Shown piece after piece: positions 19,949 to 29,452 of a DNA stretch of 64,000 nucleotides. This DNA comes from Patescibacteria group bacterium (GTDB taxonomy: Bacteria; Patescibacteriota; Patescibacteriia; JAXHNJ01). The stretch is taken from positions 132,964 to 196,963 of the forward strand of contig JBAZMP010000002.1 in NCBI GenBank assembly GCA_041649715.1, written 5' to 3'. Every line of letters starts with the position of its first letter. Positions within the stretch are counted from its first letter, which is position 1. The translations under genes and the position numbers were made by a program. The notes under the pieces were generated by a model that was given only the letters and a program-made list of their open reading frames with translations, had not been told where the DNA came from and made no database searches.

Positions 19949-20671
19949 ATGAAACCGGATTACGCGAAATATTTAATCGATAAAGGGCGTAATGATTATA
20001 ATAAAATCGCCCAGCATTTTGCCGAAACTCGCTATCATCTTTGGCCGGATTTTGAAATCTTCCGGCCGTATTTTAAGGATGGCGATACAATTTTAGACGC
20101 GGGCTGCGGCAATGGGAGATTATCAGAAATTTTTGAAAAAATCAAGGTTAACTATATCGGAATTGATTCCAGTGAGAGATTAATCGCCACGGCACGGGTT
20201 AAATATCCCAGCCTGAAATTTGAAGTAGCGGATATACTAGAATTGATTTTTCCCGATGGGCAGTTTGACGTAGTTTTTTTAATCGCGGTTTTACAGCATG
20301 TTCCTTCTAATGAACTGCGGCTTGAGGCTTTTAAAAATATCTATCGCATTTTAAAACCGGATGGCCATCTTTTAATGACTAATTGGAATCTCTGGCAGGA
20401 TATTTTTCGGATGAACCGGTTAAAAAATAACTTAAAAAAACTCCTTGGTTTTAGTCAGCTAGACAAGAATGATATCTTCAAGACTTGGAAATCACCGCAA
20501 GGAGAAATTATCGCGGAGCGTTATTTGCACGCTTTTAATCTTCCAGAAATTGAGGAACTGATGAGTCAAGCCGGTTTTAAAGTTATGAAGAATTTTTATT
20601 CTTTTAAGGGTCGGACCGTTGGACAAAAAGAAGGCCGCAATATTATTACTATCGGTCAAAAAATAGATTGA
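19949..20671 (+). CDS. Class I SAM-dependent methyltransferase
   Basis: ILDAGCGNGRLS motif I. Start set at the ATG at 19949, which abuts the elp3 start on the other strand. Confidence 0.7.
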   Translation: MKPDYAKYLIDKGRNDYNKIAQHFAETRYHLWPDFEIFRPYFKDGDTILDAGCGNGRLSEIFEKIKVNYIGIDSSERLIATARVKYPSLKFEVADILELIFPDGQFDVVFLIAVLQHVPSNELRLEAFKNIYRILKPDGHLLMTNWNLWQDIFRMNRLKNNLKKLLGFSQLDKNDIFKTWKSPQGEIIAERYLHAFNLPEIEELMSQAGFKVMKNFYSFKGRTVGQKEGRNIITIGQKID

Positions 20672-20724
20672 AATATAAGGATAAAAATGTTAAGATTTAA
20701 AAGCTTAATTACCAATAAAATACC

Positions 20725-21945
20725 ATGAAAAAACTCTTTATTTTTCTGTTCGTTTGCGCTTTATTGCCTTTTACAGTCAGCGCTTTGACCGACGAGGAAG
20801 AGACAAATATCCTTATTCCTGAAAGTCAGACCGTAGACGATAATTATGTTAAGGCCGGGTATATTTTTGACCTTCGCGGCCAGTTCAAGGGTGACGTGAT
20901 CGTCGTCGGCTCCTCGGTCGATATCAGCGGCAAGGTGGAGGGGGATGTTATCGCCGCCGCCGCCAATATAACCATCAGCGGCGAAGTTTTGGGTAATGTC
21001 CGAGTTGCGGGGAGCAACGTTACGATTAACGGTAAGGTGGGAAAGAATGTGAATATTTTTGCCGCGACCGCCGAACTTGGCAAGGGCTCTCAAGTTGGCG
21101 GCAGTGCCGTAGTTTTTGCCGGCACAGCGAATTTTAAAGGAACAATAACGGGAAAAATTGACGGCGGAGCCGGAAATATTGTCATCAGCGGGACGGTAAA
21201 AAAAGATATTACTTTAAGATTTGACACCGGGAAGCAAGAAACCAATTATTCAAATCTGTCCGTAATGTCGACAGCGGTGATTGAAGGGAATTTGAACTAT
21301 TATGGCTGGAATATGGCTCGGATAGACAGCGGCGCGAAAATTTCCGGTCAGGTGACCAGGCATGAACCAGCCAGCGTTGTCAAAGAAACGAAAGATTTCT
21401 ATAATTCTTTATGGTGGTTTGTCCGGATTGCCGGTTTATTCGGTCTTCTGATTGTGGGTTTGGTTATAATCAATCTTTTTAAAAAGCAAGCAAGAGAAAC
21501 GCCGGTCCTGATGTTAAAAAGTCCGGGGCGATGCATGTTGAGGGGTCTGGCGATTTTATTTCTAACGCCTGTTGTTTGTTTCTTCCTTTTATTTACCGTC
21601 ATCGGCATACCCCTCGCTCTTATTGTGATGGTATTATACGTCATCATTATCTATACTGCCCAGATATTTATCGGTCTTTTCATCGGTCAAAAAATCTTGG
21701 CGTATTTTCAGAAAAGATCAATCGACAACATGGCGGAGAAAAAGGAAATATCTCTTTTTTGGTCAATGGTTTTAGGGGTGTTTGCCTATCTTTTAGTGAC
21801 CGAATGGCTTTTGAGCGCCAATTGGCCGGGGGTCTGGGGCTGGTTCGGGTTTTTGGGTGGCCTGGTCAAGTTTGTCGCTCTAATCTGGGTTTTGGGGGCG
21901 ATCTATCTGCAGAAAAGAGAAAAGACAATGACGGTGGCTAAATAA
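20725..21945 (+). CDS. Bactofilin-like beta-helix repeat protein with a signal peptide and a C-terminal polytopic membrane domain
   Basis: Repeated G(D/N)V...ISG(K/E)V units typical of polymer-forming cytoskeletal (bactofilin) folds, followed by four or more TM helices. Confidence 0.45.
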   Translation: MKKLFIFLFVCALLPFTVSALTDEEETNILIPESQTVDDNYVKAGYIFDLRGQFKGDVIVVGSSVDISGKVEGDVIAAAANITISGEVLGNVRVAGSNVTINGKVGKNVNIFAATAELGKGSQVGGSAVVFAGTANFKGTITGKIDGGAGNIVISGTVKKDITLRFDTGKQETNYSNLSVMSTAVIEGNLNYYGWNMARIDSGAKISGQVTRHEPASVVKETKDFYNSLWWFVRIAGLFGLLIVGLVIINLFKKQARETPVLMLKSPGRCMLRGLAILFLTPVVCFFLLFTVIGIPLALIVMVLYVIIIYTAQIFIGLFIGQKILAYFQKRSIDNMAEKKEISLFWSMVLGVFAYLLVTEWLLSANWPGVWGWFGFLGGLVKFVALIWVLGAIYLQKREKTMTVAK

Positions 21946-21963
21946 GAATATTATTCGTTAATC

Positions 21964-24177
21964 ATGCCAGAACATAAAAAAAATTTTGCAAACCCCAAAG
22001 AAAGGCAGAAATATTTGCAGATTCTGCAAGAAGAATATTTCGCCGGGATAGAAAAATCTACCCCCCTGGAATATAGAGAGGAACCGATTATTGAATTGAG
22101 CAATACGGGCGAGATTAAGCTTACTATTACTAAAGAAAAAATTGAAAAGTGGGATCTGGAAGGCTGGCTGAAGAATTACAAAAAGGAGGCGGAGCAGTCA
22201 ACCGGCGGCATCAGGGGGCCGCAAAATATCTTGTATTATTGGGATCCGCGTTTCCCCCTGAATCAAATTGGGGTGGCGCTGGCGACTCTAGGGAAAAGTC
22301 TGGTCTTAAAGGATAAAATCAAAGATCATCCGATTAATAAGATTGTTTCCGGCGAGGTACGCTATAATACAAAAAAATATATTGAGCTTATTTCTCGCAT
22401 ACACGCGGCCCAGGGGATAGTCACCCATCAAGTTCCCAATAACGGGACAACGGCCATTTGGCTGGTCTCTTTTCTTGTTTTTATGCTTGATTACGACGGC
22501 GGAGAGTTTGTCACTTCCAGTCACGCGATCAGCAGCAAGATTGCGACTAAGGATTTGGATGATCAGGGAAGCCAATTTTTGCCGGAGATGTCTTTGGCTT
22601 TCATCGCCAAAATCGAGGAGATCATTAAAAAAGCCAAAGAATCGCCGGCGGGCTATACTCTCACTCTGGCCCCGGAAAAAAACGATTTTACGATTCAGGA
22701 TTTTTCTGGCCTTGACCTTTACGCGGATTATCTCCGTAAGGGGGTGGCGAGTGAAGAAAATTTAGCCCTGATAAAGAAGGCGGCTAAGCAGGGTTTGCGC
22801 CTGATGTATGAAACGGTCGGCGGCTGCATGTATCAAACAATGGTGCCGTTGCTTAAGAAATTTGATATCTTAGAGCTATTTGACTGGAATAATCAGGAAG
22901 AGGATCCGTATTTTCACGGCGTCGGCAAAACCCGCCGGGTTAATCCGAAAACCGGCCATGAGGAATTTTTTGATCTTTCCTGCGACGCCTGTTTGCCTGA
23001 AGTGGTGGATACTATGTATTATGAATATTTATTGAGAGATAAGCCGATCGGCTACGTGGTATTGATCACCGATCCCGATGGCGACCGTCTAGTGATCGGC
23101 CAGGTGGAACCGGCCGCCAATGCTAAGCTGATCGATGATCTAGGCATCTATTATATTCGAATAAATGAAGAAAAGATCGTCACTATTTATCATCCCACTT
23201 TTACCTTTTTGATGATTATGGACTTTCACATGAAGCAGCTGAAGAAAACCGGCCATTGGCCGAAACATGACCGTTTTATGATCACGACCACACCTTCTTC
23301 GCGCGCCTGGGATGAATGGGCGAAAAAACACGGAGTTGCTATCTTGACCACTCCGGTCGGTTTCAAGGAAATCGCCACCATCATGAAAAAAGTGGAGAAA
23401 AAACTTTTTGCGGAACCAAACAAAGACGTAATCTTGCCCGATATCCGCGGTAAAAAGGTTAATATCGGGGCCGATCCGCGTATTGCCTTTGCCGGCGAAG
23501 AGAGCGGTGGGATGATTATCGGGCCCGAAGAACCCATTGAGAGCAAAAGAGGACGAAAAGCCTTGGCGATGCGGGAAAAAAGCGCAGGCGAAGCCTCTAT
23601 TATCGCCACGGCTTTAGCGGCGCAGCTTTATTTGGAAAATAAATCCATGACTGAATACTTGCAGGAGATATTTGCGGAGTGCGGCACGGTCTATCGTTAT
23701 TATAAAAGGGCAGATATTGTTTATTACAACGAAAGTGAACCGGATCCGGTTAAGTTGTTAAAGGATAAGTTAGAGGGTGAGAAGAAGAGGGATAAAATCG
23801 ACCAGTATTGTTTAGGAATCGCCCTGGCTATAAAAGAGGGTTTGATTACTTTATTCGAGGCGAAGGATATATTAACTGAAGCCATGCCCGAGCTAGACTT
23901 TTCCTCTTTGGAAGAAGTGTTTTTCACGGGTGATGCCACTTATTTCGGCTTTAGGAATATGTTTGTCCAGATCCGCCGTTCGGGGACCGACGCCAAGCTG
24001 CGCGCCTACAGCAACGGCGATGATAAGGATAAAGTTGCGCGTTACATGACGACGATGGTTAATTATTCAGGCGAAATAAATCCTCTTTACGATAAAAAAA
24101 TACCCGTCATTTTCCGTCAGGATATCTATAGAAAAACAAAAAAATTATATCAAGATTATCTTTATCAGGGTTTGTAG
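21964..24177 (+). CDS. Alpha-D-phosphohexomutase family protein (phosphoglucomutase / phosphomannomutase-like; large 737-aa form)
   Basis: GGIRG, metal-binding loop DPDGDR, and sugar-binding GEESGG. Confidence 0.6.
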   Translation: MPEHKKNFANPKERQKYLQILQEEYFAGIEKSTPLEYREEPIIELSNTGEIKLTITKEKIEKWDLEGWLKNYKKEAEQSTGGIRGPQNILYYWDPRFPLNQIGVALATLGKSLVLKDKIKDHPINKIVSGEVRYNTKKYIELISRIHAAQGIVTHQVPNNGTTAIWLVSFLVFMLDYDGGEFVTSSHAISSKIATKDLDDQGSQFLPEMSLAFIAKIEEIIKKAKESPAGYTLTLAPEKNDFTIQDFSGLDLYADYLRKGVASEENLALIKKAAKQGLRLMYETVGGCMYQTMVPLLKKFDILELFDWNNQEEDPYFHGVGKTRRVNPKTGHEEFFDLSCDACLPEVVDTMYYEYLLRDKPIGYVVLITDPDGDRLVIGQVEPAANAKLIDDLGIYYIRINEEKIVTIYHPTFTFLMIMDFHMKQLKKTGHWPKHDRFMITTTPSSRAWDEWAKKHGVAILTTPVGFKEIATIMKKVEKKLFAEPNKDVILPDIRGKKVNIGADPRIAFAGEESGGMIIGPEEPIESKRGRKALAMREKSAGEASIIATALAAQLYLENKSMTEYLQEIFAECGTVYRYYKRADIVYYNESEPDPVKLLKDKLEGEKKRDKIDQYCLGIALAIKEGLITLFEAKDILTEAMPELDFSSLEEVFFTGDATYFGFRNMFVQIRRSGTDAKLRAYSNGDDKDKVARYMTTMVNYSGEINPLYDKKIPVIFRQDIYRKTKKLYQDYLYQGL

Positions 24178-24263
24178 ATGAAAACTCGGTAAAAAAACAG
24201 AGTTTTGTCGCCAGTAATAAAATATTGCATAAAAAATATTAAATATCATTAACCAATAAAACT

Positions 24264-25052
24264 ATGATCGGTATTTTCGACTCGGGTTTGGGGGGATTAA
24301 CCGTGGTCAAGGAATTTTTTCAAAAATTCCCCGCCTATGACACCATCTATTTCGGTGACACCGCCCGCACGCCCTACGGCAACAAGGGGCCGGAAGTGAT
24401 CGAAGCTTATGCCAATGAAGACGCCCGGTTTCTGCTCAATAGGGGGGCGGATATGATTATTGTTGCCTGTAATACGGTTTCCGCGGTGGCTTATCCTGGC
24501 CTGAAAAAAAAGTTTAACATGCCGATTTTTGAAGTGATCAATCCGGCGGTCGAAGCGGCGGTCAAGGCCACAAAAAACAAGAAAATCGGCGTGATCGGCA
24601 CCCGGGCGACCGTAAATAGCGGCATGTATGAGAAGTTAATAAAGCGTCTCGATCGGAATATTCAGGTTTTTTCAAATCCGGCCCCCTTACTCGTGCCTTT
24701 AGTCGAAGAAAATTGGCTTTCCAAGGCGGAGACCAAGATGATCCTGAAAAAATACTTATACCCCCTGCAATTGAAGCAAGTGGATACTTTGATCTTAGGC
24801 TGCACGCATTATCCTTTTTTGAAAAGCGCGATCGCCGAAAAAATGGGCAAACGGGTCACTTTAATCGATTCGGCGGAGGAAGTGGTGAAAAACGTCGCCA
24901 AGCATTTAAAAGAAAATCCGGCCCTAGAACGAAAATTAAGCAAATCCGGCAAGCATCAGTTTTATGTTTCCGACTTGACCCCGCAGGCGGAAAGCCTGGC
25001 GAAAAAATGGTTTGACAACAAAGTAAAGTTGGAATACTATTCACTATCATAA
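24264..25052 (+). CDS. murI: Glutamate racemase
   Basis: IGIFDSGLGGLTV, VACNTVSA and GCTHYP motifs. Confidence 0.9.
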   Translation: MIGIFDSGLGGLTVVKEFFQKFPAYDTIYFGDTARTPYGNKGPEVIEAYANEDARFLLNRGADMIIVACNTVSAVAYPGLKKKFNMPIFEVINPAVEAAVKATKNKKIGVIGTRATVNSGMYEKLIKRLDRNIQVFSNPAPLLVPLVEENWLSKAETKMILKKYLYPLQLKQVDTLILGCTHYPFLKSAIAEKMGKRVTLIDSAEEVVKNVAKHLKENPALERKLSKSGKHQFYVSDLTPQAESLAKKWFDNKVKLEYYSLS

Positions 25053-25106
25053 TCAGCGTCATTATAAAAGAAAAAACCAAGACTTTTTTCAAAAAGGAGG
25101 AATCGC

Positions 25107-25265
25107 GTGTCTTCTAGCAACTCCTATGAATTGGCGGAAAAGTGGGAAGAAAAACCTCTTTTTCTTCAGATTCTGGTTCATCTTGTTCTTTGCCCTTTAT
25201 TGACTCTTATTCTGGCTTTTGGTTGCGCCGCATACTGTTTGTATGCCAAGACGATTGCTCGCTAG
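25107..25265 (+). CDS. Small membrane peptide (52 aa) starting at a GTG with a strong AAGGAGG Shine-Dalgarno
   Basis: Shine-Dalgarno 7 nt upstream; hydrophobic core LVHLVLCPLLTLILAFGCAAYCL. Preferred over the overlapping ORF-track frame 25142-25357. Confidence 0.35.
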   Translation: MSSSNSYELAEKWEEKPLFLQILVHLVLCPLLTLILAFGCAAYCLYAKTIAR

Positions 25266-25319
25266 GTAGCGGGGGAAATAGAAACGATCGCCCGGGTTTC
25301 CGAAAGAAGGAGGAAGAAT

Positions 25320-25589
25320 ATGTTTTCCCTGGGAAAAAGATTGCTTTCAGCCCTTGAATTCTGTTTCGGAGCTTTTCTATTGTTCTTGATTTTTACCGTC
25401 GGTTCATTCATTTTCTGTTTTTCAAACCTGAAAATGATCGTTGGGGGAATTCTGATCATCGCCTACTTTCTCACTCTTTTGCCCCTAACGGCGCTTATCA
25501 TCGGCTTGAGTTTGTGGGCGTTGGTCATTTTTACGTTAATTCTCGGCCAGCCGGTCATCATGGATGACGGGGCGTGGATATTGAACTAG
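25320..25589 (+). CDS. Small polytopic membrane protein (89 aa)
   Basis: GAAGGAGG Shine-Dalgarno and three hydrophobic helices. Confidence 0.5.
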   Translation: MFSLGKRLLSALEFCFGAFLLFLIFTVGSFIFCFSNLKMIVGGILIIAYFLTLLPLTALIIGLSLWALVIFTLILGQPVIMDDGAWILN

Positions 25590-25599
25590 AATAGTGAAT

Positions 25600-25635
25600 C
25601 AGAAAACGGCTCGTTTCGCGACGAGCCTTTTTTAT
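25600..25635 (+). terminator. Rho-independent terminator (cggctcgtttcgcgacgagcc + T-run)
   Basis: Perfect 8-bp stem. Confidence 0.6.
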
Positions 25636-25723
25636 AAATTATTGAATTTAAAAAAGGTTCGACCATCATTCATTTTTATAATGAATTCAGCCGAACCTCA
25701 ATGATCCAATCTTCTGAAGAGTC

Positions 25724-26107
25724 TTATCGTTCTCGTCTTGCGGGATTTATCGCTTGCTGAAAAGCTGGACCGGCGCTACCAAGGCCAACGAATGGCGTCG
25801 CATTCGATCTGCGACTTTTTTTCTCCGCCTGTTTCTTAAGAATCAAATTCGTCTGTAGCTTGCCGCCCAGCAAGTAGGGAATGCCGGCGAGAACGGCGAC
25901 AAAGCCTTTCCAGGGCATGGGCGTTAGCCACATGATCACCAGGCCTAGTATTCCGGATAGACCGACGAGGCCGTACCATAGGAATTTGCGGGCGACGGGA
26001 TCGTTTTTGGCGCGACAGAGTCGGTACCAATTGAAGGAGACAATCGGATAGAATATGAGCGTTAGCATCATCCCTAGTGTTTGAAAGAACAGAGTTATTT
26101 TTTTCAC
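25724..26107 (-). CDS. Hypothetical membrane protein (127 aa)
   Basis: GGAGG Shine-Dalgarno + GTG start and four TM helices. Confidence 0.45.
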   Translation of the reverse strand: MKKITLFFQTLGMMLTLIFYPIVSFNWYRLCRAKNDPVARKFLWYGLVGLSGILGLVIMWLTPMPWKGFVAVLAGIPYLLGGKLQTNLILKKQAEKKSRRSNATPFVGLGSAGPAFQQAINPARRER

Positions 26108-26241
26108 ACTTCACCTCCATCTAAGGCGTGGGTGCAGGTTTTCATTTAGACGATAAGATTCTGATATCAAATAAAGGTAGCAGCTATGGTTATAATTGTC
26201 AAGAGCGGATTCTGAATCCGTTCTTCTCGTTGGATAATAGA

Positions 26242-27384
26242 TTATATCAAACCCATTTTTTGCTTGACCTCGCGCAGGGTTTTTACCGCGATCGGCCGGG
26301 CTTTGGCCGCGCCGGCTTCAAGTATTTTTTTGACCTCTTCGGTTTTTAAAGCCGCGCGTTTTTTACGGAAATCAGCGAAAAAGTCTATAATATCTTGGGC
26401 TAATTGCTGTTTTAATTCGGAATATTTGATTTTTTTCTCTTGTTCTTCTTTCTCAAATTTCATATAAACTTTCGGGTCGGAAAATTCTTTTAATAAAAGA
26501 AAAAGATTTTTAACGCCCGCTGATTGAGTGCCGCCGGTCGTGGCGGTCACGGCGGACATTATTTTTTCTTTTATCATATCTGGGCTATCAGAAAGAAAAA
26601 TACATGATTTTTCATTATCCGTCTTGGACATTTTTTTTGTCGGCTCTGTCAGTGACATAATACGTTTTGCATGAGTTATTTTTGCTTTTGGTTCAGGAAA
26701 AGTCTGGCCGAAAGTGCCATTAAATTTGCGAGCCAAAACGCGGGTTAATTCCACATGCTGAACTTGGTCTTCGCCGACGGGCACCACTTGGGCTTTATAA
26801 AGCAGGATGTCAGCCGCCATTAATACGGGATAGTTCAAAAGACCTGCTTTTGCGGTACTTCTTAATTTTTCAATTGTCGAGCTAATAAATTCTGTAAATT
26901 TGTTCGATGAAACAAACTTATTAAGTGTTTTGCTAATTTCATTAATAGCCTCGGCTGATTTAATATCATGTTTCATTATTTCATTGATCGCTATTTCTGA
27001 CGCTTTGTCTAGAAAGATTTTTTTTATTTTATTAGACTGGATGCCAGCCTTATCTTTAAATTGTGTCATTCGTTCCAGCTCAGCTACGGATGTTAAGGTA
27101 TTTAATAGCCACATCAATTCGGTGTGTTCTGGAATATGGGATTGGATAAAAATCGTGCTAGTTTTCGGGTCGAGGCCGGCAGCCAGATAATCGAAAGCAA
27201 TATTCATTATTGTGTCCTGCATTTTTTCCGGGTCATAGGCTTCCGTAATCGCATGAAGATCAACAATGCTAAAAAAACTTTCGTATTTATCTTGAAGTTC
27301 AACCCATTGTTTGAGGGCCCCTAAATAGTTACCGATATGTAATTCATTGCTCGGTTTAATGCCGGAAAATATGCGTTCTTTCAT
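26242..27384 (-). CDS. trpS: Tryptophan--tRNA ligase
   Basis: PSNELHIGNYLGALKQWV (HIGH-type) and KMSKT (KMSKS-type) motifs. Confidence 0.85.
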   Translation of the reverse strand: MKERIFSGIKPSNELHIGNYLGALKQWVELQDKYESFFSIVDLHAITEAYDPEKMQDTIMNIAFDYLAAGLDPKTSTIFIQSHIPEHTELMWLLNTLTSVAELERMTQFKDKAGIQSNKIKKIFLDKASEIAINEIMKHDIKSAEAINEISKTLNKFVSSNKFTEFISSTIEKLRSTAKAGLLNYPVLMAADILLYKAQVVPVGEDQVQHVELTRVLARKFNGTFGQTFPEPKAKITHAKRIMSLTEPTKKMSKTDNEKSCIFLSDSPDMIKEKIMSAVTATTGGTQSAGVKNLFLLLKEFSDPKVYMKFEKEEQEKKIKYSELKQQLAQDIIDFFADFRKKRAALKTEEVKKILEAGAAKARPIAVKTLREVKQKMGLI

Positions 27385-27409
27385 ATTTCATATTTTATCA
27401 ATATATGGC

Positions 27410-29125
27410 TTAAACTTCAATCAAGACGGGCAGAACCATCGGTCTTCTTTCGGTCTTGTTGAAAAGATACTGGCCGATGTCGTCGCGGATTTTCCCCTGT
27501 AAGGGGGCCCAATAACTGGTTTTGCGGTGAGGCGAACTGTTGAAGATATCCTTGACCTTTTGTTTTGTTTCGGCCATCAGCCTGTCTGAACCTTTCATGT
27601 AGACGAAGCCGCGGGAAATAATATCGGGTTCATCCACCAGCTGTTTTTTCTTGTCGTCAATTTTGACAATAATGACGACCATGCCGTCCTGGGCCAGAAC
27701 ATTGCGATCGCGCAAAACCACTTCGCCCACATCCCCGATGCCTAAACCGTCAACCATCACATAGTTAGAAGGGATCTTGTTGGCTAAGAGCCGTGGACGG
27801 CCGTCAAGGAATTCCAAGACGGAGCCATTATCCAAAACAAAGATATTATCTTTGGGAAAACCGGCTCCTGTCGCCAGTTTGGCCGCTTCTTTCAGAAAAT
27901 AGTGGTTGGCATAAACAGGCAAGAGGTAGGTCGGCTGGATTTGTTTGATGATTTCCACCATATCGGCGGCCGTGCTGTGCCCGGAGGTGTGGACATCCAT
28001 GATGTCCGAGTGGATGACGTTATCGCTCAAGCGGTAAATGCTGTCCTTAAGCCGCTGGATGGTTCTTTCGTTGCCCGGGATAATGGAGGAGGAAAAAATG
28101 ATGGTGTCCTGTTTTTTTATCTCCACGTATTTGTGGGAGCCGTCTACCATGCGGGAAAGAACGGCTTCCGGCTCGCCTTGCGCGCCGGTGCAAAGGATGA
28201 GGATCTTGTTGTCATGATAATCAGAGATTTTTTTGATCGGAATGACAGTGTCTTTCTGGAATTTGATATAGCCTAATTTTCGGGCGACTTCCACGTTCAT
28301 CCGCATGCTGTAGCCGTCAAAAGCGATCTTCCGGCCGTATTTTTCCGCCATCGGAATCAGATTTTTTATTCTTTCGATCTGGGAGGAAAAAGTGCCGATA
28401 ATTATCCGGCCGGGAGCTGAAGCGATCAATTTTTCCAAATTAGCATATACCGTTTTTTCCGGAACATGAGGGCGGGTGTTGGTGGCGGCCAGGCTTTCGA
28501 TCATCAAAACGGAAGGTTTTTTTAAACCGGCAAGTTGATGATAGGAAACCGCCGGCCGGCCGTAAGGGTCTTCCTCATAGGTCCAGTCGCCGGAATGGAT
28601 AATGGTCGCTTTTGGAGTTTCCAAGACCACGCCCACGGCATCCATTATCGAGTGATCAACCGGGAAAAAGTGGACGGTAAATTCGCCCAGCCGCAGCCGG
28701 TCACGGGTGGATTTTATGACGATGGTCTTTAATTTTTTGGCGGAATTCTTTTTTAGATCTTCCTGCCGGTTTTTGACCAGCGCCAGCGTCAGGGGTCGTC
28801 CGATGATGACAGGATTGCCGAGTTTTTCCAAAAGGATCGGCGCCGCCCCGATATGATCCATGTGGCCATGAGTGAAGATAACGCCGCGGATCTGTTTTTC
28901 CCTGCCTCTCAGATATTTAGTATTAGGTATAATATAATCAATACCCGGCATGTTTTCTTCGGGAAATTGGATACCCATGTCGATAATGACGATATCCTGT
29001 CCGTATTCAAAAACGGTCATGTTGCGGCCGACTTCCTCCTGGCCGCCCAAAGGGATGATACGAAGGATTTTTCCCTCGTGTTTTTTCGGCAGGAATTTTA
29101 TTTTTTTCTTGTGTTTTTGTGTCAT
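27410..29125 (-). CDS. rnj: Ribonuclease J (metallo-beta-lactamase / beta-CASP RNase)
   Basis: HGHMDH motif, beta-CASP region, and typical RNase J length. Confidence 0.9.
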   Translation of the reverse strand: MTQKHKKKIKFLPKKHEGKILRIIPLGGQEEVGRNMTVFEYGQDIVIIDMGIQFPEENMPGIDYIIPNTKYLRGREKQIRGVIFTHGHMDHIGAAPILLEKLGNPVIIGRPLTLALVKNRQEDLKKNSAKKLKTIVIKSTRDRLRLGEFTVHFFPVDHSIMDAVGVVLETPKATIIHSGDWTYEEDPYGRPAVSYHQLAGLKKPSVLMIESLAATNTRPHVPEKTVYANLEKLIASAPGRIIIGTFSSQIERIKNLIPMAEKYGRKIAFDGYSMRMNVEVARKLGYIKFQKDTVIPIKKISDYHDNKILILCTGAQGEPEAVLSRMVDGSHKYVEIKKQDTIIFSSSIIPGNERTIQRLKDSIYRLSDNVIHSDIMDVHTSGHSTAADMVEIIKQIQPTYLLPVYANHYFLKEAAKLATGAGFPKDNIFVLDNGSVLEFLDGRPRLLANKIPSNYVMVDGLGIGDVGEVVLRDRNVLAQDGMVVIIVKIDDKKKQLVDEPDIISRGFVYMKGSDRLMAETKQKVKDIFNSSPHRKTSYWAPLQGKIRDDIGQYLFNKTERRPMVLPVLIEV

Positions 29126-29147
29126 ATTATTAATTGGTAATTATAAT

Positions 29148-29231
29148 GGTGCCCTGGGGGAGATTTGAACTCCCATCCCGTGAGGGACACGCTCCTGAAG
29201 CGTGCGCGTATGCCAGTTCCGCCACCAGGGC
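29148..29231 (-). tRNA. tRNA-Leu (anticodon CAG), type II with a long variable arm; CCA encoded
   Basis: Manual cloverleaf fold: acceptor gccctgg/ccagggc, anticodon stem cacgc/gcgtg with loop ttCAGga, T-arm gggag-ttcaaat-ctccc. Confidence 0.85.
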
Positions 29232-29288
29232 ATATTGATAATTTTTTAATGAAGGTATAAGATGTTTTTATGGAAAAGGAGGCGGGTT

Positions 29289-29405
29289 ATGAGCCAGGAA
29301 AACGGCTTACTTTGCCCGAATTGTGGCCAACCAGTATCCGAAGAAGAGACAATTTGTCCCGCTTGCGGTGAAGCGATCGCCGCCGCGGAAAAAACCGTTT
29401 AACCT
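29289..29405 (+). CDS. 38-aa zinc-ribbon peptide (CPNCG...CPACG)
   Basis: AAAGGAGG Shine-Dalgarno 7 nt upstream of the ATG; two CxxC pairs. Confidence 0.4.
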
Positions 29406-29417
29406 TGATCGATCTTT

Positions 29418-29452
29418 GCCCCTCCCCGTATCCGGGCGGAGGGGATTTTATT
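29418..29452. terminator. Bidirectional terminator hairpin (cccctcc...ggagggg) between convergent genes
   Basis: Seen directly in the sequence. Confidence 0.5.
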